Shown: one piece after another, positions 23,172-36,752 of the stretch
Layout of the letters: the number at the start of each line of letters is the position of its first letter
How positions within the stretch are numbered: the stretch's first letter is position 1
Source: Rhynchopus sp. YZ270_cl-10
Taxonomy: Eukaryota
Assembly: GCA_964035575.1 (NCBI GenBank)
Contig: OZ037833.1
Coordinates: 1,674,001-1,738,000 of the forward strand
DNA: 64,000 bases
Direction of reading: 5' to 3'
The notes under the pieces: generated by a model
The model's input: the letters and a program-made list of their open reading frames with translations, nothing else
The model's database searches: none
What the model was told of the DNA's origin: nothing
Made by a program: the position numbers and the translations under genes

Positions 23172-24712
23172 TTTTTGTTCACTGGAAACCTACCGAAATA
23201 GGCGTGACGCTGACTACCGGTAGTTTTTTTTGTTGGCAGCCGTGTCACTAGTACTGCTTTGGAGCAGGGGGGCAGTTTCCCTTTTCCTCGTGGGGACACA
23301 GCCCGCACAACCTTCCAGTGAAACCCCTCCACCTCACTGAACACTGTCTGAACAAGAGTTTTTTGTTGTTTTTTTTTTTTGTAACCCACCCATTTTTTTG
23401 ATTGAAACCCATGAATATTCTGAAAAAAAAATGCAAAAGAAAAAAAAAAGAACGTCAAGCACCCTAAGCATCGCTTTGGTTACTTGAGGGGAAAAAAATA
23501 CCCCGTGAGTGCAGTGCATATTTTTTTAACAACACAGTGCTGCGAAGACACTCTGCAACAGAAAGCCTTCTAGTACAATACAAGGTAACGTTTTAGCTTT
23601 TTTTACTCATGAACGCAGGTAGTTAGCTACGTGCCGAAAAGGCGATCACGTGCGAATACAGAAATCATCAATCAAGGCTATCCTTACAGACCGCCAAAGC
23701 GGCTGCCATGGGTGTTGACTTAAGATTGAAGTTTCATCATTGTACTAGCCCAGGGAGGGTTCCCGGCTGCCGGCGAGTTTCCTATGGGGGCTATGGCTAT
23801 GGCTAGGGCTCCAGCAGTTCCCTCCATAAGTAGTGTGCCTGCCTCCAACACCCAGGGGTAGCATTCCCAGCACCTTTTACCCGCAGGTAGACCTGCACAG
23901 AGTTTCAGGAGGAGAGTGCCACACATCAGGGCCTCCCCCCCCAACGGATGCAATATAACGTCCAGCCCAAGGACGTTTCCGTTCTTTTCCTTATTGCATA
24001 ACAAAAAGTGACACCAAAAAAAGAACAAATAAATATTCCACAAGAATGATATATAAAAAAAGCACTTGGAAGAATGCATATCTCGTGCACATCTTTGACG
24101 ACTATCGTTATCATGTGGGAGCACGCTGGCAAAAAAAAAAAAAACAGGCTTTGATATGCACAAACACCTGGACACTAAACCCACTGTAGGGCATTGCGTC
24201 CTTCGGTACTGTACTTGACAGTTGCTTACATATTGCTTACAGTGGCAAATACCTGAAGAAACTCAGATGAGTCGGTGTGGATTGGGAGGGGGAAACAGGG
24301 ATGTGGCAAAAGCCACAAAGAAAACAGAAAGTTGGTAAGATGAACCCAAGGCTCCGACGTTTAGTCACCGAACCAAAGAAACAAAGGGAGCCAATATACA
24401 CCATTTTTCATTTCCCCAGAAATTTTTGTTTCGGTCATTTTTTCCCCTATTTTCCAAAAAAAATCCAACCTCTCAAAACGCACAACCCAAAACCCAAAAA
24501 AAACCTCCCCCACTCCAACCTAATTTGCTACTACCTTTCGTTCACCCCTTTTTTTTCAGAAAATGGATCAATTTTTTTTTCTGTAATATAATCTGTCCAC
24601 AGTATCTTCACATTATTTTTCGTTCTGACAAATTATCCCCCCCTTTTTTTTGTAATCGACAACCACCCCAAAAGAGGTAGGTTTCGGTACTCAAAAAAAA
24701 ATGCCATTTTTT

Positions 24713-27249
24713 TTAATCCTCAGGGTTTGTAGCGGGCATGAAAACATTGAGGGTTTTGCTGCGTTGGTCGTCAGATGTTCCTTCGATCATGTTGACGAAG
24801 GCGCGCCCATCAAGCGTTTTTGTGTCACGTGGTGTGCGTTGCGGGACGTCCATCTCAAGGCTTGCGAGACAGTCTTGGTGGTCGTCTCCGTCAACTTCAG
24901 AGTTGGGGCAGCTGTTCGCTGTCGGGATCGCGTTGAACACACTCTCATGCCCACCCGGCTCGAAGTACGCTTCCACAGTCTTCGCCGGGTCCGGCCCCGT
25001 CCTCCCCCCAGGAAAGCTTGTGTTCACAGACGGCGTGATGGACGACCCCCACGCTGCCCCTGCAGCTGCCACAACAGGTACGGTCGGGCGTCCCTGCACA
25101 GAGTTCTGCGAGGCAAACACGCCTCCACCCTCTTGGTCTCTATTTTGCACAGGGCAGGAGAAGGCGCGTGGATCCTGTAGGAGAGAGAGTGAGTGAGTGA
25201 GAGTGAGGAGAAAGAAGGGTAAGATGAAGTCGACTCAAATCTATTGACAGTTTTTTTTTTTTTTTGTCATTTTTGAAGTGTTTTGGTGCAGTGGGGAGGG
25301 AGGAAATGAAAAGCAAACCTCGAGCTCATCGGGCCATCGGTCTGCTGCGGGGTCGGTGCGGCTGCGCTTGTCCTGCATGGCGTTGTTCTGCAGGAGGCGC
25401 AGTGCGTTCACAATACGGTTCACGTGGCCGGGTTTCAATCCTGTGTGCGTTTTGACATTATGATGTATCTTTTTTGGGGGTATATCCCGAAGTGCGGGGA
25501 AGGGAAGGCCTCATGTGTGGCTGTGTTCAGGGTGCATACCGAAAGCCTCGAGACGGTTGTTCTCAAAGCCGATGAGGTCGTTGACGTAGTCGAAGCCTTC
25601 GTCCTGCAGCATCTCGGTGTAGCGCTGTTCGTGTTGCGTTGTTTCTAAAAATATATAAAAAAAGCCCATACCTGAAGCTTGAGCTCCGCAAGGAAGTCCT
25701 CAATGGTCAGTGAGGCGACGTCTGTGTGTGTCCGCGACGATCCTTCGTGGTCGATACTCTGCATAGACTCTGACGCGTGCTCCACCTGCCGTGCCTTCAT
25801 GGAGGAGAACCCGTCGTTCAGCTGTATGTGTTTTGTTGGTTTTGTTTTCGTGAAAACCCCAGTTTGTTTTTGCTGCAATTTTAGGTACATCTTTGCACTC
25901 AAGAGGAAACCTCTCTGAGGCCAAAATATGATAAGCTAAACCTCGCGTTGTCTGAATGTTTTCAGAATAATTGTGTCCTTTTTTTACCCCAAAAACTTCG
26001 TATTCCATACCATCTGCATATGCCCTTGGTTCAACGCACCGAGGGGCGAGACGAGCTCCGGCGGCTTGTCCTCGACAATGACCGGTGAGGGGGTGAGGGG
26101 GCGGGTGAAGGACATTTTGATGCGGGCGGGCTTATTACCTGCGCCTGTTGGGTAGAGAATGCCGTTGAGGTGCCCCACGAGGCGGAAGGCGTCTTCACGG
26201 GTGCGGAACTCGAGGACGGCTGCGCTGGCGTTACCTGCGACGGACTGGGGGAAGACGCGTGGGAGGCCGAGGGCGTAGCGCTTGAGGATTACGGAGATCT
26301 CACGCTCGAGGTTCGCACTCCAGTCGAGGACAAGCACAGCGCGGGTTGGGGTGATCTTCTCTGCCGCCTCTGTCGGTGATTCTTCATTGCGCAGCGAAAA
26401 CATCCACTTCTCTGACAACGCGCCACTCCAGTTCGAAGCGTTCGGCAGCTGGCTCTTCCGCGAGGTGATCTTCTGCCCGAACACCTCAAAGTTGTCGAAG
26501 TGCTTCCGCATTGCCTCAGCTGCTGCCTCATGCTGGAACTGCACAATCGCCTTCTTCGCGTTGTGCGTCTGTGCAAGCACCTTCGCTGCCACCACCGCAC
26601 CGTACTGCCCACAGAGACGGAACAGCATCTCCGCTGTCACCGTCGGTGTGTCCTGGTCCACAGGGTCCGGCAGGCCCGACACATAGATGCAGGTCCCGAT
26701 CTTGCCTTGGGGGAGGATGGAGGTGCTCTTAGGGATCTGGCCAATCATGGCCGGCTCCTGGCGTGGTGTAAGCCACCCATCGCCGTTGCGGTGGTTCCCC
26801 CAGAGAAAGTCGTAGCGGAGACGGACCTGCTGTGTCTTTATCGCCTCGTTGACGTCCTCGTAGTTCTGGTTCTGTTCATTCGCCTTTTTGAAGGTGAGTT
26901 GAGGAACAGTGGAGAAGACAATGATGAAGATGCACGCCCAACGGCGTCCATCATTGCCGATAGTGTCGACCTCCTTGTCGTTGAGGTAGTCCATTGCGCT
27001 CTTTGCGCCGTCATGCGTCTCAAACTGCACAAGAACCTGCTCCTTGCTGTCCTTCGAATTCGTGAAAATCGAAATCTTCTCGACCTTCCCAAACTGACTC
27101 ATAATCCAAAACACATTGTCCAGCTTCGCTTCCCCTCTGCTCTGCATGCTCAAATCCCTCATCACAGCCAGCAACACTCTCGCATTTGGCGGCTGTGTTC
27201 TAATAGGTGGCCGCCTCCCTCTCGCTGCCTTTCCCTTTGGTTGCGACAT
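24713..27249 (-). CDS. PTB/hnRNP-L-like RRM protein with SAM domain, paralog 1; 5 exons 27249-26011, 25821-25672, 25624-25540, 25440-25319, 25174-24713 (~685 aa)
   Basis: PTB-type RRMs (RVLL...SQFGKVEKI..F...QVLVQF; IYVSGL...MLFRLCGQYG). Splicing at GT-AG sites yields the SAM-like TIEDFLAELKLQRYTEMLQDEGFDYVNDLIGFENNRLEAFGLKPGHVNRIVNAL. Confidence 0.85.
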
Positions 27250-30200
27250 TCAGAAAAAAAAAGGGGAGAGAGACACAAAGAATGTGTCTTGTGTGTGTGT
27301 GGGGTGGGGTGGGGGGGGGAAAAGAAAACGATGTTCCCCTGGCTGTAGGGTAAGGGATGATTAGGGGAATGTGGCATATCTTAGGATATCTTTTAGTATA
27401 CGCGAAGATTGTCGTGCTCCTCACTTCCCCACACTATGTCAATACAACAGGTTAGACCGTTTGGTCTGAGAGGGTTTGGGGTTTTGTTCTTCGAAGAAGA
27501 TGAAGTACACGACAGTATACAGAAACAGAAGCGACACGCAACCCTTTTCACTACCATCGCTCAGCAAAGTTGAACCGTGGGAGGGTCCTGCCAGGGTCGG
27601 AGATGGCTTCTCACATTCTGTACGGATTTGAGGAGATTACGATTCTGCATAAGTATAATGGGGTGTCCCGGGCACGGCGTAATTCATGTGTAATACGGTG
27701 AAATGGGATGAAAGTATGTGTAGGTGGGTGTTAGTGTGGTACCGCCGGGACACCCCATATAATAACCTATTTTTTCTCATCACTAACAAAGACATTCCGC
27801 AAGCCAAAAGACTTCGAGGACAGGGGACACGCAGTGATGGTGATAAAGTGGAGTTCGTCGAGATAAGGTTATACCAAGACTGAGGCAAGAAAGATGTGGA
27901 AAAGCGTTCAGGCTGTTACGAACAAGAAATGTTTTTAAAGTTTCGTCAAGCACAGAAGTGTCGTGAACATTTTATCATCATGCAAAGATAGTACCGAATT
28001 GGCATAAAACGGTAATGGCGATGAGTGCTATACTTGAAAGCAGGGTGTGGGTAGGTTCCTCAGAACGGAGAACAATACAACAAAAAATGTAGAGAAACCT
28101 TTGCCTTTTTTTTTTGCGTTTCGCAGAGAAGAAGCTCCTACCAATGTTAAAACATTTTGTTTTTTGTTTGCTTTGTTTTATATTTGGAAAAGACAACTTG
28201 GCGAAGGGAGGGGGGAGAGGGAGGGGGAAAGGGGAACTGCACAAAACTGACGAAAAAAAATAAGAGAGAACGTCCCTAAAAAAAAAGAGGGGTTGGGTTG
28301 TATACAGACGGCACACTTTTTCTTCATATAAGAGGTGTGGCAGAGAACGGGCTAAAAAGAAAAAATGCACCAAAAAAAATAAAAACTCTCTGGTCTGACT
28401 GTGTTTCTTTCTTGTTATTGATACACTTCTTTAAAAAAAAAATCATTTTTATTGTTGTTGTTTTAAGAAAACTTGGTTGGTGATGATGGTGGCAGGCGCC
28501 ACTGAAGGCACGATTTAGCCTCCATCACCCAACAGACATTGTACGTGGACGTGGTCGTATCGCAGCAAAGACACGAAGCAGAAGGAATAATAAACGTAAA
28601 GCACGCACAATAGATACTAAGATAATAATTGAAAGTAAAAAAAAAGGGGGGAGAGATGAACGAGCACATAACACTCATCCTTCGGATGCAAAGAAAGAAA
28701 AAAATGTTTTTGTCGGATAATTCTAAGCCTCACAGCACCTTAGTCATCTTCGGATTAAAGGGTGCAATTAGATTCATATACTTTCAGTTCACAGAATTGA
28801 TAGTATTTGAGAGGGTCAACAATGCAATTGAAAAAATCCGCTCAAAAAGAAAAGGGTTTGCGCACCTTTTGTCACACATATTCCCAATGGCGAAGCTGAA
28901 ACTACCAAAAAAAGGGTTTATAAGATGAACCTAAGCCTCTCGTGATTTAGTCACCTTGATAAACTCTTTATCTTGGCAGGGTAACGGGTTACTCTATATG
29001 CTACCCATGTGGGAGTTAGTGTCCCGGTAATCCGGTAAAAGGTTAGTGTTGCAAACACAACAAACAAAACAAACAAAAAATACACAGAAAAAAAAATTGA
29101 TAAAGATCATTGACGAAGGAGTCGTCCAGCATCGTATACGAAGGAAGTACAGCCTGTACACCTTTCCCTAAGTGTAGCAAGACAAAAACAATGGGTTCTT
29201 GGGCTGACGTTATTATCTCCTTAGAAAAATAGAATCAGACTTCAGGATATGACAACTGAATAAAAGAAGCTAAAGTGCAAACACCTCACCGTTATATCGG
29301 TGGGATGCAGGCACTGAATAAAAAGAAAACAAAAAACTTTTTTTTTTTCGTGTACCGCTCTGCAAATTTGTCGTGCTTTTCCGCTGTATGAGCGTGTGAT
29401 AATATAAACACTGAAAAGAAAAGAAGAAAAAAATTTGCAGGCGCCTTCTGTCGATTCTATTTCCTCTTACTAGTAACCATGCTTGGTAGATTAAAAAAAA
29501 AAAACGTAAAAAAAAAATCCTTCGTAAGATGAACCTAAGCCTCCCATGATTATTGTGGAACATCTCAACTGAACCCACGCAACCTATCTACTCACACCCT
29601 CGTGGGTATAGGTAAAGAAAGGTACAGAGTTTTAGATTACATAAAACCGTATTAAAAACGCTAACATATATTTTTTTCCTCAATTCACAGAAGAAAAGCA
29701 AAAGGGGTGTGTGTACATCTCTTCTTGCTTATTTTTATTGATAATTTTGTTGGATTAATGTACCAAAAACACGACGATTGCAGCAAATGACTTGACGTGT
29801 GGTTTTATGTGTGATTTTCACCCTTGTAAGCCTATGGTAAAAATCACAAAGTAAAACCGTTACATTAACTTCACCATTGTGTAGATAGTCTGTACAATAC
29901 TTTTTGCTCCATGGTAAATATTTTTAAAAAACGCACACACAATACAGAATAGGGCTCGTGCACGAATAGTGAAAGTGCATGGGTGATGGGGGGTGGGAAG
30001 ACGTTACCTGGGGTGGTTTTTGCGGGATGATGAGAGGGGGAGCTATGGGAGCAGTTGCCTACCTGGAAAACAGTTGGAAGAAGAGAGGGGATAAAGGAAA
30101 AAAAGGTGGGTAAAAGATGAATCTAAGCATCTGTGCTTAGTCATCAACAAAAGGGGGTGGAGGAAAGTTTTACCAAGGTTTAAAAAAAACGCTCTGCTGA

Positions 30201-30981
30201 CGTATAATACCTGGAAAACGTGCTGGGACATGTAAAAAGAAAAATGATTAAAAAATTGAACCCAAAAAGAGGGGGGGAAAAGAGTGATAAACACGCACTG
30301 TGAGAATAAAATAAAAAAATGGGAAAGAACAAAATAAAGCTGAGAAGGAGAGAAGAATACATGCAATTGTGCCAACCACTAGTGATTTTGTAGTCAGGGA
30401 GAGAGAAAAAAAATATATGCCGTTCTGACACATAAAAGCTGTTCGACAGCCTTTTGATGTCTATTTAATTGTTAATTTGGCGAAGGCCATCCCGCACTGC
30501 AAGGAAGAGGGGGAATTATTTTGGCGTACCCTGTGTCTTAGTGGTGGCGAGAGTGGGGGTTTTTTTTTTCAAAAAAATGAATTTTCAAAAAACGTGACCC
30601 ACTGGAAAAGGAGGGGAAACAAAGTTGAAAGATGAAATGTCTCACGTACATACGCATCTTTAGGGGTGCAAGACGAACAACTTTAGAGATTGACATCTTT
30701 AACAAAGCTGGGGGGAAAAAACATGGATACTGAAGTTGATGGCGTGCACCAACCGAAATGAACGACAATCTGAGACTATGACCCGCTCTTTCTCTCTCTC
30801 TCCCTTTCTCGCTCCCCCCAAGGAACGGCACCAACCAGGATAGCAACGAGCCACTCTTGTGTAGAACAAGAAGAGCAGCCGTACTACCCAGCAGTGCGTA
30901 CGAACCGGAAAAAAAAAGGGGGAAGCGCCGAGAGAAAACCTTTAATAAGACGAACATAAGCCTTTTGCTTTTTGCTTAGTC

Positions 30982-31078
30982 CCACCTGATTTTTACCCCG
31001 CGTATAGGCGCGTAAAAGCGCGTACGGACGGTCCGTTTTTGCCTGTACGGACCTATACGCGGGGTAAAAATCAGGTGG
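30982..31078. mobile_element. 97-bp MITE with perfect 27-bp terminal inverted repeats and 5-bp duplication TAGTC, inserted in a family-1 hairpin
   Basis: CCACCTGATTTTTACCCCGCGTATAGG / CCTATACGCGGGGTAAAAATCAGGTGG. TAGTC at 30977-30981 and 31079-31083. Confidence 0.9.
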
Positions 31079-31893
31079 TAGTCACCTTTATTAAAAAGGT
31101 ACTGGTAACGTAATAATGTTGGAATACTTGAAAAATACCCCACCATAATGTTCCAACATTTTCACGTCAACGGTATTTATCACGAAGCCAAAGTCTCCAG
31201 ATCGCATCATAGCTCTAAGCTGTATTTTTTTTTGTGACAACATCCTTTTATTAAGACACCCCTCTCTAGGCTGTTCTTCCGTTCCCGAAAAACAGCTGGG
31301 TGTAATAAAAAAAAGAATGTGTTTGGACCAAACAAAAACAAAAAACTATGCGTTATATTTTCAAAAAATGAGAAAAGAAAAAAAATCCTAGAAACTGTGA
31401 AGACGCCGAAACAACGCACCTAGATTAAAAAAAGGTAAAAAAAAATGTTCATAAGATGAACCTAAGCCTCTCACGCTTAGTCACCGAAGAAACAACAACG
31501 TGCCCCGCTTGTATCATTTTAATAACCCTGTAAGTAATACTGCCAGCTACTCTTTTTGGAACTGTCTTTTCATTCAATCACCTGATATTCTCCAGGTAAC
31601 GTGAAACTGACACATACATAGCTGCATATTTTTTTCCCCCCCGCATTCACGGGTACACTCTTCGGGTTTCCAAGAAGACACTATTAGGCATTATTAGTTG
31701 GCTGGGCATTACCATGATACAACTGGAACATTCATTTAGGTTGAGACTACTGTAAGAGGTGCCATCACGTTGCTCCACATTCTAAGCAAAAAAAAAAAAT
31801 GAGGTAGGGGGCAGTTATAGTTGTAGAAAAGAAATTGTTTGTCAAAGAGAAGAGACACGTTCGTTGACAACAAAAGGGAAAATCTAAAAAAAG

Positions 31894-31926
<33 letters not shown>

Positions 31927-32425
31927 GCACGCAACGCACTTCAGGGATCAGAGACATACACAAATGACCCTTAAGAACACGATTGGGATTCTGTGTTACA
32001 GTAAGGGGGTGTTGATACCTGAGAAACCCGAAGTAGCGGGAGGGGGGCTGGGTAGGGAAAAGACAAAAATTGAGAAAAGAAGGGGGAGAAAGGACTTCAG
32101 AAGAAGCACGCACTATTACAAAAAAGAACCTATGATTATTATGGGGAGAGGGGTAAGGGACACATGATCGTTTGTGTCCCTTCAGGGCTCTCTCGTTCTG
32201 AGCGGTACGCCCCCCCTCCCAACGTTTTCCCCTTTGAGCTGCCGTGAACAGGCCAAAATCGGGAAACCAAGTTCAAAAAAAGACGAAGAAAAAAAAAAGC
32301 AAGAATAAAAATTCGAAAGAATGAGCTTTTTGGGACACATGCATTGCTCATCGAATGGGAGTAAGGGAAGAGAGAGAAGGGTATTTCTTACATGCTTTAT
32401 TTGAAGAAAAAAAAAAGGGAATGGT

Positions 32426-32535
32426 TATTGCAGGCACCTCCGATTGACCTACGTACATACCAACCATCCGGATGAAAACCAACACAGTACCCTGCAGCCA
32501 ACAACGGAAGGTGTGAAAGGAAACCTAATGGCTTG
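32426..32535 (-). repeat. Structured element family 3, copy 1 (others at 41535-41592 and 46785-46880)
   Basis: Shared plus-strand blocks TGCAGGCACCTCCGA, CCATC(C/T)GGATGAAA, CACAGTACCCTGCA and GAAAGGAAACCT (the last two only in the 32426 and 46785 copies). Confidence 0.75.
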
Positions 32536-33783
32536 CCCGTACCGTAGTGTGAACGGGGGCGGTACACAACCGCTCGTAGGCCGGCGACCCATCTTCCGCT
32601 GAACTGTGAGCTTACAGGCACTCCCGTTCGCTACACCCAATGCTTGATGCACGATAGTCGAGACAAGAGAGCAAAGGGGGTGTTTTCCTTCGTGACGCTA
32701 CCACAGCAGAAGCGAGGAAAGTCCCCAAGTAAAAAAAAAGAAGAAAACGAAGAACAAAGGAAAAGGGAAAGAGAAAAAGGATACAAATTTCCGGTTTATG
32801 AAAGTTTCTTTCAGACACGCACTGGGATCGAAGAACACTAAAGAAAACCACGAAAAAATAACCAATTATATGTAAAAATGAACGGTCCTCATCCTCAGAC
32901 ACATCCTCTTTTTCCAAATAAATAAAAAAAAACAAATTCGATACTCACTATTTTAGCAAACAGCAAGCATTGAAGGGTGTAACATGTGCTCCTCAAAATA
33001 AGAGTTTACAAGATGAACCTAAGCCTCACGTGCTCAGTCACCTTGAAAAAGGAGTGGTCTGTTATTCTTTTGTGTTCAAAGACCCCAAAAAGGGGGGAAA
33101 AAATTGGTACAGATTCACAAATTCCACCAATGCCCAGCAAAAGCAATTTCTCTTGGATCTCCAATCTGCTGGGGAAAAGAGGGGAGCTTCGGCAAAACAC
33201 AAAAACAAAAACAAAAAAAAACTGTTGTAGGAAAAAGGATAATGGGCGAAGTGGCTAAAACCCAAAATACGTCCATTTGCGGATCAGACCTCGCTTCGCT
33301 TTGATGCACATAACGTGACTGCAAGGCCTCCTATCAACCTGGTGCTGATTGATGGCTTTGCAAGGAATTACTGTGCATCGTACGAGAGTGGCATAAAAAA
33401 AAAAAAGAGAGTTGATTGTGTGAACGCTTCGCGTGGAGACCCATGCGGACGCAGACACTTCATAAAATGCAATTAGTATTGACATTTGATGCTGATCAAA
33501 GCCAATTTTTTTTGCTTTTTTTCATTCTTTTTAAAGGGGGGTAGGCGACCCACAAAGTGAAGTTGAACTCACCCAAACGTTCTTAAACGCAGATACACAG
33601 GACGCACTTTTTTCACCCAGCATCATCTCTACAAAAGCTCTTTTTGTTTTTTTGTTCGGTCAGTATTCTCCGCAACTGGTTTTTTTTTTTAATTTGTGGG
33701 GTTCTTTTTTGCACTATTCTATGAAGAAAAGGCCAATCGAATTACCCTCTCTGTACAACGTTCATTTTATTTTGTTTCTAATC

Positions 33784-33928
33784 TGGTGTTCCCGAAAGGG
33801 CCCATATTGACAGGTCCTTGACATGTCCTTGACACAAGGTTTACAGGGGAAAATGACACACCCCCCCCTATATTGACATGTCCTTGACATGTCGTTGACA
33901 TGTCCCCGACAGCAGATCGGTAACACCA
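33784..33928. mobile_element. TGGTG...CACCA-ended small element (family of 7531-7639)
   Basis: TGGTGTT...AACACCA termini, flanks TAATC/TAATT, internal TTGACA(G/T)GTC repeats. Confidence 0.6.
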
Positions 33929-35429
33929 TAATTGCAAAAATTCTCACCCAAAATTTTGCTTGGGCATTTTATTTTTTGTTTTGTCTCTCTCGCACTTTTT
34001 TTTCATTGGTAAAAGACCGGTTTCTGTCCTCACAATGTCACCACCCCCTTGAACAGGATTGGTGTGTGTGTGTGTGTTTTATTTTATTTTTTCCGCACCC
34101 CGGCATCTCTCTGAGTACGGCAGAGACGGGACAAAACAAAAAAGAGAAAAGTGGGGGGAGAAAGGGGGGTGAACGTTGACCGTGCAAAACGCCTCTGGGA
34201 CGCAAGCATCGAACAACATTATGTCAAAAAAAAAAAGAGTCTTTGTTCTTTTTGATGCAAAACACACATCTTGGCTCACCCTTCTATGCACCACGACACA
34301 TACTGCATGCATAGGACCGCATTGAGAGGACGCCTGATGAGTCTGCTTGGGGCGGGGTCCCTGCACCACAGGCCCGGTGCGCGGGGAAGGTGGTATTGCA
34401 ACCTAGTCCTCAGTGGAGAAACTGCAAACTTTAGAAATCCTTAGGTTCTTTTTTTTCTGTAGGCCCTAAAAAGAGACGCTGTTATGGAAGGGAATCATCG
34501 CAAAAGGTGTGCAATGATGACCTCTTTTGCGTCCATATTTGCGGGCTCAGCATTTTGACGGAAACGAACAACCTGTGGTATACACAACCACAAAAAACAC
34601 GGTGTTACTGTTCGAACAAAACAGAAGGGCAAAATAGGTAACACCGCTCGGCCTTTGCTCGACCGACGGTTGGTTTTGGGTGGCTTCACGTTGAATGCGT
34701 TGAAAAAGCAACCATGAAAGTGGTCTCTGGGACACACACCAATGCAGGTAAGCTATCAAAGAAAACAGAAGGAGAAAATAGAAACTTAACACTCATCACA
34801 CGATAAAACCCATGGGAGACAGGTTGCGGTGAAACGCACACACCTCGACCTGTTTGGTGAGGAGTGGCTCTGCAACGCGGTTCTTCCCTAGAACCGCAAA
34901 GTGTGTTCAAAGTGCGTTGTTTCTATTTCCTCCTTCATTTCATGAGGTGACAAAAAAAAAAGTTGGTCGAAAACCAAAGTTCATATGCTGTAAGTCAGAC
35001 AACCAAATACCGACGCTATTGGTAAGCATCTCTAGTTTGATTTGTGCTCAATGTTCATCTGTAGCCCAACAACGCATTGTTTTTTCAATGCAAAAGCAAG
35101 AGAGAGAATTACTGTGAATTGAGCAACATAGTTCGAATGTCCCCTGCCAACTTCTTCAAGGGCAAAAAACAGGGTTGCAAAGACACGGGGGTGGTGAAAA
35201 TCACCAAAAGCCTGTTGTTTGGAACACATCAAATGCCCTAAAAAAAAATGGCTAAGAATGACGAACCCCTTTCCCACAGTCTCAATGACAAACTGCCTCA
35301 ATGAAGGGGAAATTTCTGTAGCGAAAGAACGCACAGACCGGCACACCGCACTATAATGTGGCAGAAAATGGGGGGTAAATAGGAACTCTGGTCTGACCGT
35401 GATTTTGAAGCGGGAGGGTGAGGGGGGAC

Positions 35430-36053
35430 CAGGTGTAGCCATAAGCCGGGGATCGATCCCCGGGCCAAAATTCCCAGATTTTCCCCCTAACAAACTGCAT
35501 GGGAAATGCTGCCTTAGCAATATTAGATTTAAGGATCAATTTGAATCCTGGGCCGGAACACGGATTTGGATTCAGAGGATCCCAATCTTTCCAATAACGG
35601 CATTTTCTGGGGGTGGAAAAATACCCTGCTTTCTTGCGAGGGGGTTGGGCCAAAAAAAAAAAAAAAAATAGGCACCCGAACAATCCCCTGTGTATACTGT
35701 GTGCGGAAATTGACCAAAAACGAGAACTTGTCCATTTCGGCAAATTGACCCCACCACTGGCCGGACGGATTCCGGAAATGCAAATGCAAGTGTTTTCGGT
35801 GTGAACTGTGTACTCTATGTACTGTGCGCTACCACAGCACAGGACCTCATAAGCTCTCACAGGCTCTCACAAGGTAAACACCTTGCGCTTTCAGCGGTGG
35901 GTCGCGATTTTTTTCACAGTGTGCAAACGAACAGATTTTTGACATTTTTTACCGTTTTCCTGATTTTTCCTCATAAAACCCCCCCCTAAATTAAGCCGGG
36001 GATCGGGGATCGGGGATCGCGGGTTTTGACCCCCCTAGTTACGGCTGCACCTG
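35430..36053. mobile_element. hAT-like non-autonomous DNA transposon (624 bp)
   Basis: CAGGTGTAGCCATAA / TTACGGCTGCACCTG termini. 8-bp duplication GGGGGGAC at 35422-35429 and 36054-36061. Subterminal CGGGGATC repeats. Confidence 0.75.
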
Positions 36054-36752
36054 GGGGGGACTGGAAAGACAGATGAAAGTGACACATGATAAAAAGTTGG
36101 CCGGGATATTTTTTGCCCGTGCTAGGATATATGCAGACAGCACACACCCTCCTGAGTGTGGTAGTGATTGGAAAAGAAAAAATAAACACTGGTCCGACTC
36201 AAAAAGTGAGGTCGGAGATGAGTAAAGAAAATGCAAAAAAAATGCACGCACGAAAGAAAGAAAGGGAGAAAAAAAAATGAAAAAATGAAAACAATGTAGA
36301 ATGATCCTCAGTCTCGAGTACTTAGTCACATTGAAAAAAAAAGTGAAGTTGATAGTGCAAAACGCCTCTGGGACGCAGGCACTGAAAAGCCAAAGGGAAC
36401 GACATTTTTTGTCACTTCCCGGGCAACACTCCTCCCCACGTGCGTGACGGTGCACTCCAGTGATTCTGCGTTCCTGTTACAAAAAGAATGCATTTCAAAA
36501 TTGAAACACATTGTATGCGAACAGCATGCAATTAGACCTTGCGGAGATGGCACGTAGTCAGACAAAACAAAGCAGGGAGGACGTGAAGCCAGCGGGGTTT
36601 ATTAATCATTGAATCTTCCTTCAGCAACAACAAAAAGAGAAAAAGTTGACAGTGTTTCCCACGGTGAGATTTTGGGGTGAGAAATCTCACAAAAAAAAAA
36701 AAAAAAAAAAAAAGTGAGGTGAGAAATCTCACCAGCAGGAAAAATAACTATT

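Noticed and set aside
29801..29858. Imperfect palindrome GGTTTTA.GTGTGATTTT...AAAATCACA..TAAAACC
   Set aside because: Single AT-rich copy with no supporting duplication or homolog in the window.
32426..32535. Hammerhead ribozyme in family 3 (CCGGATGAAA)
   Set aside because: It lacks the CUGANGA core and the three-stem arrangement.
36662..36733. Small GGTGAGATTT...AAATCTCACC palindrome around a poly-A run
   Set aside because: Possibly a MITE remnant, but there is no flanking duplication and it is too short to classify.
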